A model generated the notes under the pieces. The model worked only from the letters and a program-made list of their open reading frames with translations, was not told the DNA's origin and made no database searches. A program made the translations under genes and the position numbers. Positions 61,485 through 64,000 of a DNA stretch of 64,000 bases are shown one piece after another (position 1 is the stretch's first letter; each line of letters starts with the position of its first letter). Source of the stretch: Vicugna vicugna (Eukaryota); assembly GCA_013265495.1 (NCBI GenBank), contig MU058198.1, positions 7,393,779 to 7,457,778 on the forward strand. Reading direction: 5' to 3'.

Positions 61485-61732
61485 CACTTCAGCCCTGAGG
61501 AATCCCAAGAAGCAGAACCCTCCAGGAGGAGGATTTTTATCATTCCAGCCGCTCTGGGCTCTGACCTTGGGCCTCCATGCCTGGCCAGGCCCAGCATGGA
61601 TCACAGTATCATAGAGACCAGCCCTGTACACCGTCCCCGGCTGGCCAGGGCTTTGAGATCAGAGCTGAGGTGGGAGAGAGCCACCCAGAGTGCCACACCT
61701 GGCCTTGTCAGTGCTGCCTGTGCCACGTCCGC

Positions 61733-61738
61733 AATAAA
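61733..61738 (+). terminator. PHKG2: PHKG2 proximal polyadenylation signal
   Basis: AATAAA about 250 nt after the TAG stop. Confidence 0.7.
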
Positions 61739-61852
61739 ATCTGCTGCACACCAGGGAAGGCCAGTGCCCTGTATCTGGTGTCTGCCTTCAGCAGGGAAGC
61801 CCAGAAGGTGCTCTGGAGTTGGGGGGTAGGGGGTGCTGCTCTGGCCCAGGCC

Positions 61853-61858
61853 TTTATT
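61853..61858 (-). terminator. CFAP119: CFAP119 polyadenylation signal
   Basis: TTTATT on + (AATAAA on -), 17 nt past the stop codon. Confidence 0.75.
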
Positions 61859-61875
61859 GGGGAAAACGCTGGGGG

Positions 61876-64000
<2,125 letters not shown>

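Overview
Mammalian genomic DNA, probably camelid, judging from five Vic-1-like tRNA-Ala-derived SINEs. It is orthologous to the human 16p11.2 block SRCAP - TMEM265 - PHKG2 - CFAP119(CCDC189). Bases 1-11,400 are repeat-rich intergenic sequence (L1, L2, MIR, MER58). A CpG-island promoter then drives SRCAP (+ strand; 32 coding exons reconstructed by hand, all GT-AG and in phase, 3246 aa), which hosts the H/ACA snoRNA SNORA30 in an intron. Next come TMEM265 (+, 109 aa), PHKG2 (+, 406 aa) and the 3' part of CFAP119 (-), tail-to-tail with PHKG2. The most interesting observations are: (1) a 5' splice site overlaps the SRCAP stop codon; joined to TMEM265 exon 2 it recreates the same stop overlapping the TMEM265 start (UGAUG), and joined to an intervening 265-nt exon it gives a C-terminally extended, NMD-type SRCAP; (2) an in-frame GUG in strong Kozak context predicts an 85-aa N-terminal extension of SRCAP, upstream of an out-of-frame overlapping uORF; (3) a second, degenerate SNORA30 paralogue lies two introns downstream of SNORA30; (4) a candidate poison exon, a long AG-exclusion zone and a probable L1 3' transduction. 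Everything was read by eye with no alignments or folding. Repeat boundaries are approximate, and I cannot confirm that any finding is unpublished.
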